Below are positions 29,279 to 39,977 of a stretch of 64,000 nt of DNA, piece by piece (the first letter of the stretch is position 1; each line of letters opens with the position of its first letter). This DNA is from an uncultured Gammaproteobacteria bacterium. GTDB lineage: Bacteria > Patescibacteriota > Microgenomatia > CAYQLK01. Where the stretch lies: contig CAYUKQ010000002.1 of NCBI GenBank assembly GCA_964445355.1, positions 1,590 to 65,589 of the forward strand, written 5' to 3'. The notes under the pieces were generated by a model. It made no database searches. It was not told where the DNA came from and saw only the letters and a program-made list of their open reading frames with translations. The position numbers and the translations under genes are program-made.

Positions 29279-31048
29279 ATGCGTGAAATCCGTTGGGTTT
29301 ACTTTGTTTGTTTAGCAGTTTTTATTCTCATCGTTATAAGGTTATTTTATTGGCAGGTGATTAGTCGGGATTCGTTGCAGGCAAAAGCTGAGAAGCAATA
29401 TCTTCGCGATATAGAATTACTTCCAAAAAGAGGCGAAATTTTAACATCTGACGGATCGCCATTAGTCACCAATCAAACGGCATACTTAATGTATGCTAAC
29501 CCTAAGGAAATTATTGATCCAATAGCTGTTGCCGAGAAAATTCAACCAGTCCTGGATTTGAGTGATGTTGCTACAATTAGTGCAGAATTATTGCCAAATT
29601 ATGAAAAAGATTCCTACCAAAAAGACCAAGAATTAAAGAGAAAGGACCGGGAACTAAAATTAGCTGAAAAAATTTCCCAAACCAATTTGGATTGGGTCCT
29701 TGTTGGGCGTAAATTATCCCCAATTCAAAAACAGCAAATCGAAAAATTAAACATCTCAGGCTTAGGATTTAACGATGAAATTGCAAGAGAATATCCAGAA
29801 GGTTCAATGTCTGCTCACTTGCTAGGGTTTGTTGGTTTAGATGATTTTGGACGTGATACCGGATATTTTGGTCTTGAAGGATTTTATAACCGGCAACTCA
29901 AGGGTCGTCTTGGTTTAACTAAAGAAGAGACCGACGCAAAAGGAAATCCAATACTATTAGGTGATTATGGGCGAATTGGAGAGAATCCTGGAAGGACATT
30001 AAAGCTAACTATCGACAGATCAGTGCAAAAGACCGTAGAGGAAGAACTGAAGTCGTCAATTGAGGCCTATCAGGCAAAAGCTGGACAAGTTTTGGTAATG
30101 GATCCTCATACTGGCGCAATTATAGCTTCAGCAGCCTATCCTGCCTACGATCCTGCCAACTACACCAAGTATCCGGATGCTAACTTCGTCAATCCGGTGG
30201 TCGCAGAAACCTACGAACCAGGTTCCACTTTTAAGGTTTTAGCAATGGCAGCAGGAGTCAATGAAAAAGTCATAGAACCTGATACGATTTGTACTATTTG
30301 TGACAAGCCTGTTGAGATTAGTGGCTACAAAATTTCGACTTGGGATAATAAATATCATCCCGGCTCAACAATGACCGAGGTTATCCAAAATTCTGATAAC
30401 ACCGGCATGGTCTTCCTGTCCCAAAAACTAGGATTTGAAAAATTTTATGAGTATCTTAAGAATTTTGGGTTCGGAGATTTGACCGGGGTCGATATTCAAG
30501 ACGAAACATACGGAGTAATTAGGTCCAAAAAGGACTGGAGAGAAATCGATCTGGCAACGGCATCGTTTGGCCAGGGAATTGGGGTTACTTCGATTCAAAT
30601 GGTACGGGCGGTTTCGGCGATTGCTAACGGCGGGACACTACCTACACCACATTTTGTAACTGAAATACTTGAATCAGACAATGCGCTCAAGATTGCTCCA
30701 GAGCAAAAGAATTTTAAAAAAATAATTAGTAAAGAGTCTGCTGACAAAGTCACTCAGATGATGGTTAAGGCCGTAACCGCAGGAGAGGCGCATTACAAAA
30801 TTCCGCAAGGCTATTCTCTGGCAGGAAAAACCGGGACGGCACAGATACCTGTAGCTGGTCACTATGACCCCACAAAAACAATAGCTAGTTTTGTTGGTTT
30901 TGGACCGCTACCTAATCCAAGGTTTGTTATGTTGGTAAGATTTACCGAGCCCAAATCCTCGCCGTACGGATCAGAAACCGCTGCCCCTACATTTTTTAGA
31001 ATTGCATCTGAAATATTTCGCTTATGGTCTATTCCTCCTAATCTTTGA
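29279..31048 (+). CDS. ftsI: Penicillin-binding protein, FtsI-type transpeptidase
   Basis: N-terminal TM helix. Active-site motifs STFK ('GSTFKVLAMAAG'), SDN ('NSDNTG') and KTGT ('AGKTGTAQ'). Confidence 0.8.
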   Translation: MREIRWVYFVCLAVFILIVIRLFYWQVISRDSLQAKAEKQYLRDIELLPKRGEILTSDGSPLVTNQTAYLMYANPKEIIDPIAVAEKIQPVLDLSDVATISAELLPNYEKDSYQKDQELKRKDRELKLAEKISQTNLDWVLVGRKLSPIQKQQIEKLNISGLGFNDEIAREYPEGSMSAHLLGFVGLDDFGRDTGYFGLEGFYNRQLKGRLGLTKEETDAKGNPILLGDYGRIGENPGRTLKLTIDRSVQKTVEEELKSSIEAYQAKAGQVLVMDPHTGAIIASAAYPAYDPANYTKYPDANFVNPVVAETYEPGSTFKVLAMAAGVNEKVIEPDTICTICDKPVEISGYKISTWDNKYHPGSTMTEVIQNSDNTGMVFLSQKLGFEKFYEYLKNFGFGDLTGVDIQDETYGVIRSKKDWREIDLATASFGQGIGVTSIQMVRAVSAIANGGTLPTPHFVTEILESDNALKIAPEQKNFKKIISKESADKVTQMMVKAVTAGEAHYKIPQGYSLAGKTGTAQIPVAGHYDPTKTIASFVGFGPLPNPRFVMLVRFTEPKSSPYGSETAAPTFFRIASEIFRLWSIPPNL

Positions 31049-31094
31049 CATGGGCCACTAATCGACTAAAATAACTCGGGTAACAACTAAAATA

Positions 31095-32288
31095 ATGCAA
31101 AAGTACAAAAACATCTGGCACTTAATCGTAGCTATTTTTGCTAATGTCTACTTTAAATTTCCAACAAAGAAATTAATTGTTATTGGAGTAACTGGTACTG
31201 ACGGCAAAACTACAGTATCGAGTGCTATTCATCATATTTTATCCAAGTCTGGACAAAAAAGCGCATTAATTTCTACAGTCGGCGCAGAAATTGACGGCAA
31301 ACTTGTTGAAACTGGGCTGCATGTGACCACACCTGGTCCAATGGATATACAAAAATTTGCTTGTTTGGCAGTTCAAAAAAAATGCAAATACTTAGTACTA
31401 GAAATCACATCTATCGGCCTGGATCAATTCAGAGATTTCGGGCTTCATTATCAAATAGGGTTGATTACTAATCTTAGTCATGAACATCTTGATTACCATA
31501 TCAATATGGAAAATTACGCTAAAGCAAAAGCCAAACTTCTAAACCGGTCTGAATACCGACTCATTAACCCTAAAGCAGAATTAGTTTATAAGTACTTGTC
31601 GGATAAAAATTCAATTGAAACTTACTCAACTAGTGGAAATACAAATTACACACAAAAATCTTATAAGCTCCCAAAAATCCCAGGAGAATATAATTCTGAG
31701 AACCTAATTGGTGCTGCAGCCGTCTGTACAACACTTGGGCTGACAAAAGTTCAGATTGAACGGGCTTTATTATCATTTTCCCTCCCTAAGGGGCGGATGC
31801 AAAAAATCATTTCGAATAATAAGACTTTTTTTATAGATTTTGGTCACACTCCTCAAGCGCTTGAGTCAACACTCAATTCGATTAAACATAGTTACCCTGA
31901 TAAAAAAATAATTGCAGTTTTTGGTTCAGCAGGTGAACGTGATCGTTCTAAACGACCGTTAATGGGTAGGGCAGCATCAAAATATTCAAACACGATTATT
32001 ATTACAAGCGAAGATCCTCGTCATGAAGATCAGAATAAAATTGCAAACGAGATCAAAGCAGGTTTGGTATCTAAGTTCAATAAAATAGGAAAATTACTGA
32101 CAATTAACGATCGCCAGTCTGCATTTAATGAGGCGGTAAAAATAACTAAAGCCGGTGATATTTGTGTTTTTTTTGGTAAAGGACATGAACAATCAATGAA
32201 CATTCAAGGTGTAGAACATCCCTGGAGTGAAGAAAACGCACTCAAAAAGGCTTTAAAGGAAAATGATCTCACAATATCAAATAAATGA
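31095..32288 (+). CDS. murE: Mur ligase, MurE-like by position (short, 397 aa)
   Basis: 'VIGVTGTDGKTT' P-loop. It starts almost at the P-loop, so the usual N-terminal domain is missing. The murE assignment rests on gene order. Confidence 0.55.
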   Translation: MQKYKNIWHLIVAIFANVYFKFPTKKLIVIGVTGTDGKTTVSSAIHHILSKSGQKSALISTVGAEIDGKLVETGLHVTTPGPMDIQKFACLAVQKKCKYLVLEITSIGLDQFRDFGLHYQIGLITNLSHEHLDYHINMENYAKAKAKLLNRSEYRLINPKAELVYKYLSDKNSIETYSTSGNTNYTQKSYKLPKIPGEYNSENLIGAAAVCTTLGLTKVQIERALLSFSLPKGRMQKIISNNKTFFIDFGHTPQALESTLNSIKHSYPDKKIIAVFGSAGERDRSKRPLMGRAASKYSNTIIITSEDPRHEDQNKIANEIKAGLVSKFNKIGKLLTINDRQSAFNEAVKITKAGDICVFFGKGHEQSMNIQGVEHPWSEENALKKALKENDLTISNK

Positions 32289-33271
32289 CAGAGCAGCAGA
32301 TAAAATCCCTGACAAATGCTCTAGGGATTGACAGGATACTTTTTGACGAGCCAGTTAAAACACACACTTTTTTTAAACAGAATGGGAGAACTAAGCTTTT
32401 TTTTGAAGCAAAAAATACGTTTGATCTAGAACAGGCGGTATCGGTAGCTATTGCGAATAATATTCCATTTGTACTTATTGGAACCGGATCTGGAACAATA
32501 CTGCCCGATAATTTTTCAGATTATCTATTGATAAAAAATTCGAGCAGGGGAATCAAGTTAAAAGGATTTCGCTCATCATCTGGTTCTCAAAAAAAAACTC
32601 CAGAAGTACTGATTCAAGTTGAGTCAGGGGTTACTCTAACAATGCTATCAAGATATTGTGCACATGAGGGTTTGGCGGGTCTAGAATTTTTGCAAACTAT
32701 GCCCGGAAGTGTCGGTGGTGGTGTAAAAAACAACGTAGGCGCCATGCCTACGGTAAAAAATCTACTCGGTAATTTTGTCTATCTTGCAGAAATAATAGAT
32801 ACCAAAACCGGAAAGAAAAAGTTAGTAAATTATGAATATTTCAATTTTGATTACGGCCGCACTACACTTCAGGGAACTAATACGGTTATTATCCAGGTGG
32901 TATTAAAACTACAAAAAGAATTAGCTGAAAATGACTCGATCGATTTTCCAAAATATGTTACAAATTTAGGCGCAAATTTATTAAGTAATCCGATTTTTAT
33001 TAATATTTCTCATAGAGATGCGGTTCGACTCTCAACAAAGCATTTTACGCTCTCGCCATCATATATAATCCGTCAGCTTCAACTAGAAAAAGATCGATTT
33101 GAAAAAGTTAGCATTTATCCTGAGGATCCGAATCGCTTTATACTTGAACCGGGCTTTGCACCTGATGATGTATCTAGGCTGATCAGATATATTAAAAAGA
33201 ATGCGAAAGAGAAATTTAAGTTAAATTTAGAGCCCCGGATTGATATTATTAAATTAAAGAACGCAAAATGA
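32285..33271 (+). CDS. murB: UDP-N-acetylenolpyruvoylglucosamine reductase MurB
   Basis: FAD-binding PCMH motifs 'NIPFVLIGTGSGTIL' and 'GLAGLEFLQTMPGSVGGGVKNNVGA'. The C-terminus 'IRYIKKNAKEKFKLNLEPRIDII' resembles the MurB C-terminus. Confidence 0.7.
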   Translation: MTEQQIKSLTNALGIDRILFDEPVKTHTFFKQNGRTKLFFEAKNTFDLEQAVSVAIANNIPFVLIGTGSGTILPDNFSDYLLIKNSSRGIKLKGFRSSSGSQKKTPEVLIQVESGVTLTMLSRYCAHEGLAGLEFLQTMPGSVGGGVKNNVGAMPTVKNLLGNFVYLAEIIDTKTGKKKLVNYEYFNFDYGRTTLQGTNTVIIQVVLKLQKELAENDSIDFPKYVTNLGANLLSNPIFINISHRDAVRLSTKHFTLSPSYIIRQLQLEKDRFEKVSIYPEDPNRFILEPGFAPDDVSRLIRYIKKNAKEKFKLNLEPRIDIIKLKNAK

Positions 33272-34383
33272 TTTATTACACAGTCCTAAAGGATATATCG
33301 TTCGCCAAAAAACCTCTGCATGTACTCAGAGCACTATTGGCAAAATATTTATTAGCCATTTCGTCTAAAACCGTTATTGGGGTAACAGGTAGTGTAGGCA
33401 AAACAACGACAACAAACACGATTCGCTGTGCACTGGCTGGACTGGCGATTTCAACTAGCAGTAATTTAGACTCAATTTTTAATATTCCAATTACAATTCT
33501 CAAGTCCTTTCGATTCCGATATCTGGTTCTCGAAATGGGGGTTCAGTATCCGCAAGATATGGAATACAACGTATCTGTAGCACCGGTTGACGTGGCTGTA
33601 TTCACAAAAATTTCTCCAGCGCATACCAAATTTTTGAAAGATACGAATGGAATATTTTTTGAAAAAACAAAAATAATTACGCCAAAAACCAAGTTAATCG
33701 TTTTCAATTTTGACGATCCTTTACAGTTGCAAAAGTTTAGAAATTCTAAAATTAAAACCATTAGTTATGGATTCTCGAAAAACGCCGATGTGAGTATTAC
33801 CATAAATCAATCAACACTTACCAACACGTCAATAACATTAATAAGCGATGGGAAAAAATATCTAGTCAGTTCTCGACTAATTGGCAAACATCAAGCATAT
33901 TCCGTTGGTGCGGCATTTGCAGTGGGAAAATATTTTAAAATTCACCCCGATCAATTAATTACTAATATTGAAAAAACCGAACCGGCAAACAATCGATTTA
34001 ATCTTGTAAAAATTAAACAATGGGATGTTATAAAAGATATCTATAATTCTTCTCCGCAAGCTCTCAGCGACGCGATTGAATTCGTTAAACGGCAAGACCA
34101 GAGACAGAAAATAATTATTATTGGCGATATGCTCGAGTTAGGTGAAATATCAACAGATCAACATTTAATAATTGCCAGGCAATTGCTTGCAGCAAACTTT
34201 GATCAGGTATTTACATATGGATCAGAATCAAAAAAAATTCACGATTACCTGTCAAAGCATCATTCCAAATCAAAATTAGTGCATCTTACTAAACCGTTTA
34301 AGTTGTCTGATCAAAAATTTGATTCAAACTCTCTAATCTTGATCAAAGGTTCGCATGGTATGCACATGGAAAATTTTCTTTAA
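33268..34383 (+). CDS. murF: Mur ligase, MurF-like by position (short, 371 aa)
   Basis: 'VIGVTGSVGKTTTTN' P-loop, positioned just before mraY. No N-terminal domain. Confidence 0.5.
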   Translation: MIYYTVLKDISFAKKPLHVLRALLAKYLLAISSKTVIGVTGSVGKTTTTNTIRCALAGLAISTSSNLDSIFNIPITILKSFRFRYLVLEMGVQYPQDMEYNVSVAPVDVAVFTKISPAHTKFLKDTNGIFFEKTKIITPKTKLIVFNFDDPLQLQKFRNSKIKTISYGFSKNADVSITINQSTLTNTSITLISDGKKYLVSSRLIGKHQAYSVGAAFAVGKYFKIHPDQLITNIEKTEPANNRFNLVKIKQWDVIKDIYNSSPQALSDAIEFVKRQDQRQKIIIIGDMLELGEISTDQHLIIARQLLAANFDQVFTYGSESKKIHDYLSKHHSKSKLVHLTKPFKLSDQKFDSNSLILIKGSHGMHMENFL

Positions 34384-34424
34384 AATATTTATATGAATTT
34401 ATTTAACTGTATAATGCAAATAGC

Positions 34425-35459
34425 ATGATAGGATTACTTAGCTTAATATTAGTATCATTTTTTACCGTTGCGGTACTATCAGTTCCGTTTATCAATCTTC
34501 TTTATAAGATTAAATTTCAGCGTCAAAATCAACAAACCAGGGATATGTTCAACAAGCGTACCCCGATTTTTGATAAATTTCATGCGCATAAGGCCGGTAC
34601 ACCTTTGGGTGGTGGTGTTTTAGTTGTTTTCAGTGTTGTTGTTCTTTTTTTGCTAGTTGGTTTAGTGAGGGAAATTTTTTCTTTTGAATCCACTTCCGTT
34701 TATCCCTACGCTCAAGAGGTATTTATCATTCTTTTCAGCGTCGTCTCATTTGCAGTATTAGGTCTCGTCGACGATGTCAGAAAAACATTTCAACTCAAAA
34801 AAACTAGTTTTTTTGGTCTTCGTTTTAGACAAAAGATCTTAATACAAATAATACTTGCACTATTTATCTCGTCATATCTGTATTTTGTTTTAAAAATCGA
34901 CATAGTAAATTTAAGATTTATTGACGTCTTTCATATTGGTCCTTTATTCATCCCCTTTGCCACTCTGGTGATAGTAAGTTTTGTGAATGCAGTGAATATT
35001 GCTGATGGTTTAGACGGCTTAGCTGGTGGGCTACTATTAATTGCACTAATTGCATTCTTAATGATTTCGTCCTCAATTCTCGACACTACATTGTCGGCGT
35101 TTTTAGGTTTATGGATCGGCGCACTAATTGCATTCCTATACTTTAATATCTATCCAGCTAGAATTTGGATGGGTGACGCTGGCGCATTGGGCTTTGGGGC
35201 GGGTTTGGCAATTACAGGATTACTATTAGGCAAAACGCCAGCACTGGCGATTATCTGCGGGATGTTTGTGGTTGAGGTTGCTTCTTCTTTGATTCAGCTT
35301 CTTTCCAAAAAGTTTTTTCACCGTAAGATATTCGAAGCAGCTCCACTCCATCTTTATTTGCAAAATAAAGGTTGGCCAGAGCCTAAAATTGTGATGAGAT
35401 TTTGGCTTGCTGGTATCCTTCTAGCGGTTATGGGTTTACTATTGGCATTTTTAGGTTAG
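34425..35459 (+). CDS. mraY: Phospho-N-acetylmuramoyl-pentapeptide transferase MraY
   Basis: 'NAVNIADGLDGLAGG' MraY/WecA signature in a ten-TM protein. Confidence 0.85.
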   Translation: MIGLLSLILVSFFTVAVLSVPFINLLYKIKFQRQNQQTRDMFNKRTPIFDKFHAHKAGTPLGGGVLVVFSVVVLFLLVGLVREIFSFESTSVYPYAQEVFIILFSVVSFAVLGLVDDVRKTFQLKKTSFFGLRFRQKILIQIILALFISSYLYFVLKIDIVNLRFIDVFHIGPLFIPFATLVIVSFVNAVNIADGLDGLAGGLLLIALIAFLMISSSILDTTLSAFLGLWIGALIAFLYFNIYPARIWMGDAGALGFGAGLAITGLLLGKTPALAIICGMFVVEVASSLIQLLSKKFFHRKIFEAAPLHLYLQNKGWPEPKIVMRFWLAGILLAVMGLLLAFLG

Positions 35460-35509
35460 GTTAAGGCTAATCTGTATTGTTCAGTTGGAAATGGTTAAAA
35501 TCTAATGAT

Positions 35510-36814
35510 ATGGATATTCCGAATTTCTCAGGTAAAAAAGTTTTGATCATGGGTTTGGGTGTGAACGGTGGTGGAGTTGAATCGGCAAAATTTTTTTTTA
35601 ATGCAGGGAGCATCGTCACCGTGACTGATCTTCAAGATGAAAATGTGCTCAAAAAATCACTTCAGGAGTTAAAAAAGTATAAAGGTATTACTTATCACCT
35701 GGGCCAACATATTGAGACAGATTTTATCGATACCGATATCATTATAAAAAATCCGGGTGTGCCGCCAACTTCTAAATTTCTGCAAATTGCACAGAAAAAT
35801 TCTAAATTAGTAACTTCCGATTTGGAAGTATTTATGCGATTAGCCATGCCTAAAAAAGTTATTGCAATCACAGGAACGAAAGGAAAAAGCACAACAGCGA
35901 CATTTATTAGTCAAATATTAGATAGTCTCAAAGTGCCTAATATATTAGTGGGCAATATTGGTAAGTCTCCGCTGAATTGTTTAGGGATTGAAAAAGATAA
36001 ATATGTAATTTTAGAGCTTTCTTCATTTCAGATCGATGATTTGGGTGGTCAAAAGCCATATTTTGACGTGGTTACAATTACTAATATTTTTCCAGATCAT
36101 CTAAATAGATACGGAAGTTTTGAAAATTATCAGAATGCAAAATTGAATTTGATTAAGTACATTAAACCTGATGGAAAAGTAATTTTGCCGAAGTTAAATA
36201 ATTTTGATCATCTGGTAAATGTTCCTAAAATTGTATTTTTTTCAGATAAATTTACTTTAAATATTTTTAATAATACATCGGAAAATGTTCTCAACTTTAA
36301 TGCCGCATTATTATCCGTATCGGAACTACTTGCAATTAATGATCCTTCTCAGATTCTCACTAAAATTAAAAAGCTCAGCCCGCCTCGCTTCAGGAATGAA
36401 GTTGTTCGCAAACTGAATAATATTTATTTTATCAACGACTCTACGGCCACAAATCCGACCGTCGCGGTGGCAACCCTAAAGAATTACCCGCCAAAAGGTA
36501 CGATTGTAATTCTTGGCGGCTCGAGTAAAGATTTGTCTAGTAATATCCTGGCAAATTACATTAACCAGCATGAGTTTCATGTAATTCTCTTACAATCGAT
36601 CGTTGGTCAAGAATTATCACAGAAAATCAAAAAATCATTAATTATTTCAAAACCAGATAATTTAAAAGATGCAGTGAACGCCGGATATAAATATCTCAGA
36701 AAAACTCAAGGGACACGTTTAATACTTACTCCAGGAGCGGCATCATTTGGTATGTTTATTAACGAATTCGATCGCGGTGAACAGTTTAATCAATTAGTCA
36801 CTAGCCTCAAATGA
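35510..36814 (+). CDS. murD: UDP-N-acetylmuramoylalanine--D-glutamate ligase MurD
   Basis: N-terminal Rossmann 'KKVLIMGLGVNGGG' plus the Mur ligase P-loop 'IAITGTKGKSTT'. The start was set at ATG 35510. Confidence 0.75.
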   Translation: MDIPNFSGKKVLIMGLGVNGGGVESAKFFFNAGSIVTVTDLQDENVLKKSLQELKKYKGITYHLGQHIETDFIDTDIIIKNPGVPPTSKFLQIAQKNSKLVTSDLEVFMRLAMPKKVIAITGTKGKSTTATFISQILDSLKVPNILVGNIGKSPLNCLGIEKDKYVILELSSFQIDDLGGQKPYFDVVTITNIFPDHLNRYGSFENYQNAKLNLIKYIKPDGKVILPKLNNFDHLVNVPKIVFFSDKFTLNIFNNTSENVLNFNAALLSVSELLAINDPSQILTKIKKLSPPRFRNEVVRKLNNIYFINDSTATNPTVAVATLKNYPPKGTIVILGGSSKDLSSNILANYINQHEFHVILLQSIVGQELSQKIKKSLIISKPDNLKDAVNAGYKYLRKTQGTRLILTPGAASFGMFINEFDRGEQFNQLVTSLK

Positions 36815-37971
36815 AATCCAGAATTTTTCAAAACCGTAACATTGTGACGTTATTTTCAACGACGTATTTACTAACAGTTATCGGATTAATTTTAATTTAT
36901 AACGCCTCAGCAGTAACAAGTCTTAGGGATTTCGGTGATCAGAGTTATTTATTAAAAAAACAGCTCGTGTCTGTTTTGTTGGGCTCAATGGCCTTAATTA
37001 TTCTTTCCTTGATTAACTATCGTGTTTTGCTAAGTTTTGCCAAGATTTTCTATATTCTTTCATTGACTTTACTCGCCTCATTATATATTCCGGGAGTTGC
37101 GGATAGTATCTACGGGGCAAAACGCTGGATAACCATTGCCGGCCAGCAGTTTCAACCATCGGAAGCGGCAAAATTATCGGTCATAATTTATTTATCACAC
37201 TGGCTTGGTGGATCAAAAATTCCCAGAAAACTTTATTTTTCTTCACAGCATGCAAATTTTGGATTGGTTATTGCACCAATATTAGGTTTGATCGTATTTG
37301 AGCCCGATCTCAAATCAACTGTAATTATTGCTGCGACCGCGATCGTCGTATATTTTGTTTCGGGAGCAATAACATTAAGGTTGCTAACCACACTTATTCC
37401 ATTATTTCTAGTTTCGGTCATAATTTTAATTTTTACCCAAAGTTATCGAATCGATCGGCTTAAAACATTTATCGATCCTACTTCGGACACCCAGAATACT
37501 TCATATCATATTAATCAAATACTTATAGCACTAGGTAATGGCGGTTGGTTTGGGGTAGGGTTAGGTCAGTCACGCCAAAAATTTGAATTTATTCCTGAGA
37601 TTACAACAGATAGTATTTTTGCAATTGCTGCTGAGGAACTGGGTTTTTTTGGAGCAATCACGATTATTGGATCACTTTGGTTTTTGCTTGCACACTGCTT
37701 TAATATAGCTATGTCCACGAAGGATCCGATGGCTCGACTACTAGCTACAGGAATTAGTACATCGCTCGCACTTCAGGTCATAATTAATCTTGCATCGATG
37801 GTATCACTGCTTCCATTAACAGGCATACCTCTACCGTTTCTATCTTATGGTGGAACCTCTTTAATTATGGCAATGTCATCGATCGGTATATTAATTAATA
37901 TTGCAAAAAATGATAATCAGCAACAATCTTCCAGAATATATAAAATCCAAAAGAAAAGATGGAAAAGATAA
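36811..37971 (+). CDS. ftsW: SEDS-family peptidoglycan glycosyltransferase, FtsW by context
   Basis: Ten-TM FtsW/RodA/SpoVE family protein between murD and murG. Confidence 0.75.
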   Translation: MKSRIFQNRNIVTLFSTTYLLTVIGLILIYNASAVTSLRDFGDQSYLLKKQLVSVLLGSMALIILSLINYRVLLSFAKIFYILSLTLLASLYIPGVADSIYGAKRWITIAGQQFQPSEAAKLSVIIYLSHWLGGSKIPRKLYFSSQHANFGLVIAPILGLIVFEPDLKSTVIIAATAIVVYFVSGAITLRLLTTLIPLFLVSVIILIFTQSYRIDRLKTFIDPTSDTQNTSYHINQILIALGNGGWFGVGLGQSRQKFEFIPEITTDSIFAIAAEELGFFGAITIIGSLWFLLAHCFNIAMSTKDPMARLLATGISTSLALQVIINLASMVSLLPLTGIPLPFLSYGGTSLIMAMSSIGILINIAKNDNQQQSSRIYKIQKKRWKR

Positions 37972-39092
37972 AAAAAGTCGTTATCATTGGTGGCCACGCC
38001 ACTCCGGCAATCGCATTAATTGATGCGTTAGAAAAAAAATCCAACTTACATATTTATTTTTTTGGCCGAAAATACTCTACTGAAGGGGATGAAGCGCCGT
38101 CGATAGAATTTAAATTTCTAAGCGATCGTAAAAATGTCATTTTTGTCCCAATAACTTCCGGCAGATTACAGCGTTCGTTTACAGTACACACAATACCTTC
38201 TTTAGCCAAGATTCCAATTGGTTTTTTACAGTCGTTTTTCTACTTAGTTCGAATCCGCCCCAGTGTTGTCGTTGGGTTTGGCGGCTATCTTTCCGTTCCG
38301 ATCATCATTAGCGCTGCAATTCTTAAAATTCCTATTTTTGTTCACGAACAGACTTCCATTCCCGGACTTTCTATCAAAATAACCGCAAAATTTGCATCTA
38401 AAATTTTTATTTCATTTAAAAAATCCCAAAAATATTTTGATCCAAAAAAAACAGTATTTAGCGGAAATCTTCTCAGAAAAGAGATTTTTTCCTCAACTCC
38501 AATAGCTGACCAGGAATTAAATGATTTCTTGTCCAAAAAGTCTGCCAAAATCATATATATTACAGGCGGTGGTCAGGGATCAAGAATACTTAATAATTTT
38601 GTTATTGATAATTTTGATAATCTTTTAAAAACTCAATTTCGTTTTATTATTCAAACAGGAAGTTTGGATAATCAACAGAGTTTTAATATTTTATCAGCAA
38701 AGATCTCAAATCATTCAGAGGCTCGTAGTCGGTTTTTGGTCCGGCAACATTTTTCGTCAGAGCAAGTTGCTGGAATTTTTCAAAAGAACCCAATTGTTTT
38801 TGGAAGATCTGGTGCGAACACCGTTTGTGAGATTGTATTTTTTAAATTAAAGGCAATTTTTGTACCATTAGATATTGCTGCCGGATCAGAACAAATGATC
38901 AATGCAAAACTTTTAGCTGATCATGATTTTGCCAAAATTATCCCAGCAGCAGAGCTAAATATTGAAACTTTTCTTACAGTTCTAAATTCACACAATGCGG
39001 TTATTTCTCAGTCAAATATCGAACTTGTCAAGCAAGAGATCCGCATCGATTCTGAGGGAGCTTTATCTGCTGCCATAATTACTGCTGTATAG
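37959..39092 (+). CDS. murG: Undecaprenyldiphospho-muramoylpentapeptide beta-N-acetylglucosaminyltransferase MurG
   Basis: GT28-like; 'VVIIGGHATPAIALIDAL' N-terminus; position after ftsW. Confidence 0.65.
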   Translation: MEKIKKVVIIGGHATPAIALIDALEKKSNLHIYFFGRKYSTEGDEAPSIEFKFLSDRKNVIFVPITSGRLQRSFTVHTIPSLAKIPIGFLQSFFYLVRIRPSVVVGFGGYLSVPIIISAAILKIPIFVHEQTSIPGLSIKITAKFASKIFISFKKSQKYFDPKKTVFSGNLLRKEIFSSTPIADQELNDFLSKKSAKIIYITGGGQGSRILNNFVIDNFDNLLKTQFRFIIQTGSLDNQQSFNILSAKISNHSEARSRFLVRQHFSSEQVAGIFQKNPIVFGRSGANTVCEIVFFKLKAIFVPLDIAAGSEQMINAKLLADHDFAKIIPAAELNIETFLTVLNSHNAVISQSNIELVKQEIRIDSEGALSAAIITAV

Positions 39093-39103
39093 CTTATACT
39101 ATC

Positions 39104-39961
39104 ATGAAGTATTCCTCCCGGCATCATCGCATTAAACGACCGCGCCAGCCGTTTAAAATTTCTAAAAAAAAGCTAATCACTGTTACTCTAATTTTCTTTG
39201 TTACCCCGTTTATTTACTGGTTAGTCTTTCACAGTGCATTATTCAAAATTCAAAAAACCGAATTTGCAACTCCAGCTAATTTTAATTGCTTAAATACTTC
39301 CCAGCTATCTCAATTCGACCGCACGGGTAAGTCGATATTCTTCTTCAACACTTCTCAACTTGAGGAAGAGCTTAAGCAAAATAGTTGTATCGAAGAAGTA
39401 TTTGTAGAATTAAATCCCAAGAGAGTACTTAAAATCTCTTTCACATTAGCTCGTCCAATGGCAGAGATTTACGTTAATCCAAAACTCCAGGATGTATATA
39501 AGGTTGCAACATCGAGTATTGACCTTCGGTCATCGACTGTTTCCGCAATCCTAAAACCCACATCATTAATCGATACAAATAAAAACCTCAATTCGAGATC
39601 ACTTACTCAGGTTAGGGTTGCGTCCGATAGCTCGCTACCAAAACTTTTTTTAGGTGAGGATCAAAAAAGTAATCAGGATTTTAGCAAGTTTCAAATAATA
39701 CCAGTCCTTAATTGTCTAAGTGAAAACCTAATTCAATCAATTTATTTTACCGTAATCAACCAGCGTCTTGTTGTCTACAATCTTAATGTAAACAACGGAT
39801 TTACAACACTTGATGCAAAATTGCTTGTCAATCCAGAAATGCTTCCTCAAAACTTTTGTCTAACTTTGCAAGAAATAATTCAAAAAAGTACAATAGATGG
39901 TATCAAACTAGATTCAATTGACCTTAGGTTTAAAGATCCTGTTGTAAACATATTAAAATAA
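39104..39961 (+). CDS. ftsQ: Cell division protein FtsQ/DivIB-like
   Basis: Bitopic: a basic N-terminus, one TM helix, then an extracytoplasmic domain. It lies immediately upstream of ftsA. Confidence 0.45.
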   Translation: MKYSSRHHRIKRPRQPFKISKKKLITVTLIFFVTPFIYWLVFHSALFKIQKTEFATPANFNCLNTSQLSQFDRTGKSIFFFNTSQLEEELKQNSCIEEVFVELNPKRVLKISFTLARPMAEIYVNPKLQDVYKVATSSIDLRSSTVSAILKPTSLIDTNKNLNSRSLTQVRVASDSSLPKLFLGEDQKSNQDFSKFQIIPVLNCLSENLIQSIYFTVINQRLVVYNLNVNNGFTTLDAKLLVNPEMLPQNFCLTLQEIIQKSTIDGIKLDSIDLRFKDPVVNILK

Positions 39962-39977
39962 ATTTAACCTAGTATTT

